This document shows, one piece after another, positions 63,769-64,000 of a stretch of 64,000 nucleotides of DNA. Under the pieces are notes generated by a model. It worked only from the letters and a program-made list of their open reading frames with translations, did no database searches and was not told the DNA's origin. The stretch is taken from the NCBI RefSeq assembly GCF_018350175.1, contig NC_058368.1, positions 180,980,001-181,044,000 on the forward strand, given 5' to 3'. The stretch is from Felis catus. Taxonomy: Eukaryota. The first letter of the stretch is position 1; every line of letters begins with the position of its first letter. A program made the translations under genes and the position numbers.

Positions 63769-64000
63769 TTTTCTCTCTACTTGGACATATCATCCCAGCT
63801 ATGTTAAACACCTCTTTTCTTTGTCTTACGATAGAGTTTAAACTCTATCTCTTGGGTCCATACTGCCAAGCCAGATATGTTTCTGCTATCATTTCCTTAG
63901 CCTCCCCTACCCTCTCCCACCACCGCCGCCCTCCCCACTCACTATCCATCCATTACTATCCATCTATTTCTGTACAGATTTTCTGTAATATTAACTTTCC

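Overview
Mammalian nuclear DNA, almost certainly a felid (cat-like). The basis is 19 carnivore tRNA-derived Can-SINEs, including two young CpG-intact copies of the feline type, and a feline-type L1 3' end. The window is AT-rich and CpG-depleted and reads as intronic or intergenic. I could not support any protein-coding exon, RNA gene, CpG island or CRISPR-like array: the ORF-track entries are short and either come from SINEs/microsatellites or resemble no protein I recognise. Much of the window is interspersed repeat (Can-SINE, MIR, L1, L2, L3/CR1, MaLR/ERVL LTRs, hAT and Tigger MITEs) plus microsatellites. Repeat family names are recalled from consensus sequences, not from a database search, so subfamily labels and the edges of old elements are approximate. 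I found no convincing novel multi-gene system. The best leads are small: a near-consensus CTCF site that arose inside an L2 relic; a tandem CACGTG pair with a 7-bp spacer; an ancient MER21-like LTR fragment captured inside a younger SINE; a cluster of mutually exclusive hairpins; a possible L1 3' transduction; an orphan poly(A) insertion with a target-site duplication (TSD); and several repeat-free, palindrome- and motif-dense blocks that look like candidate conserved enhancers.
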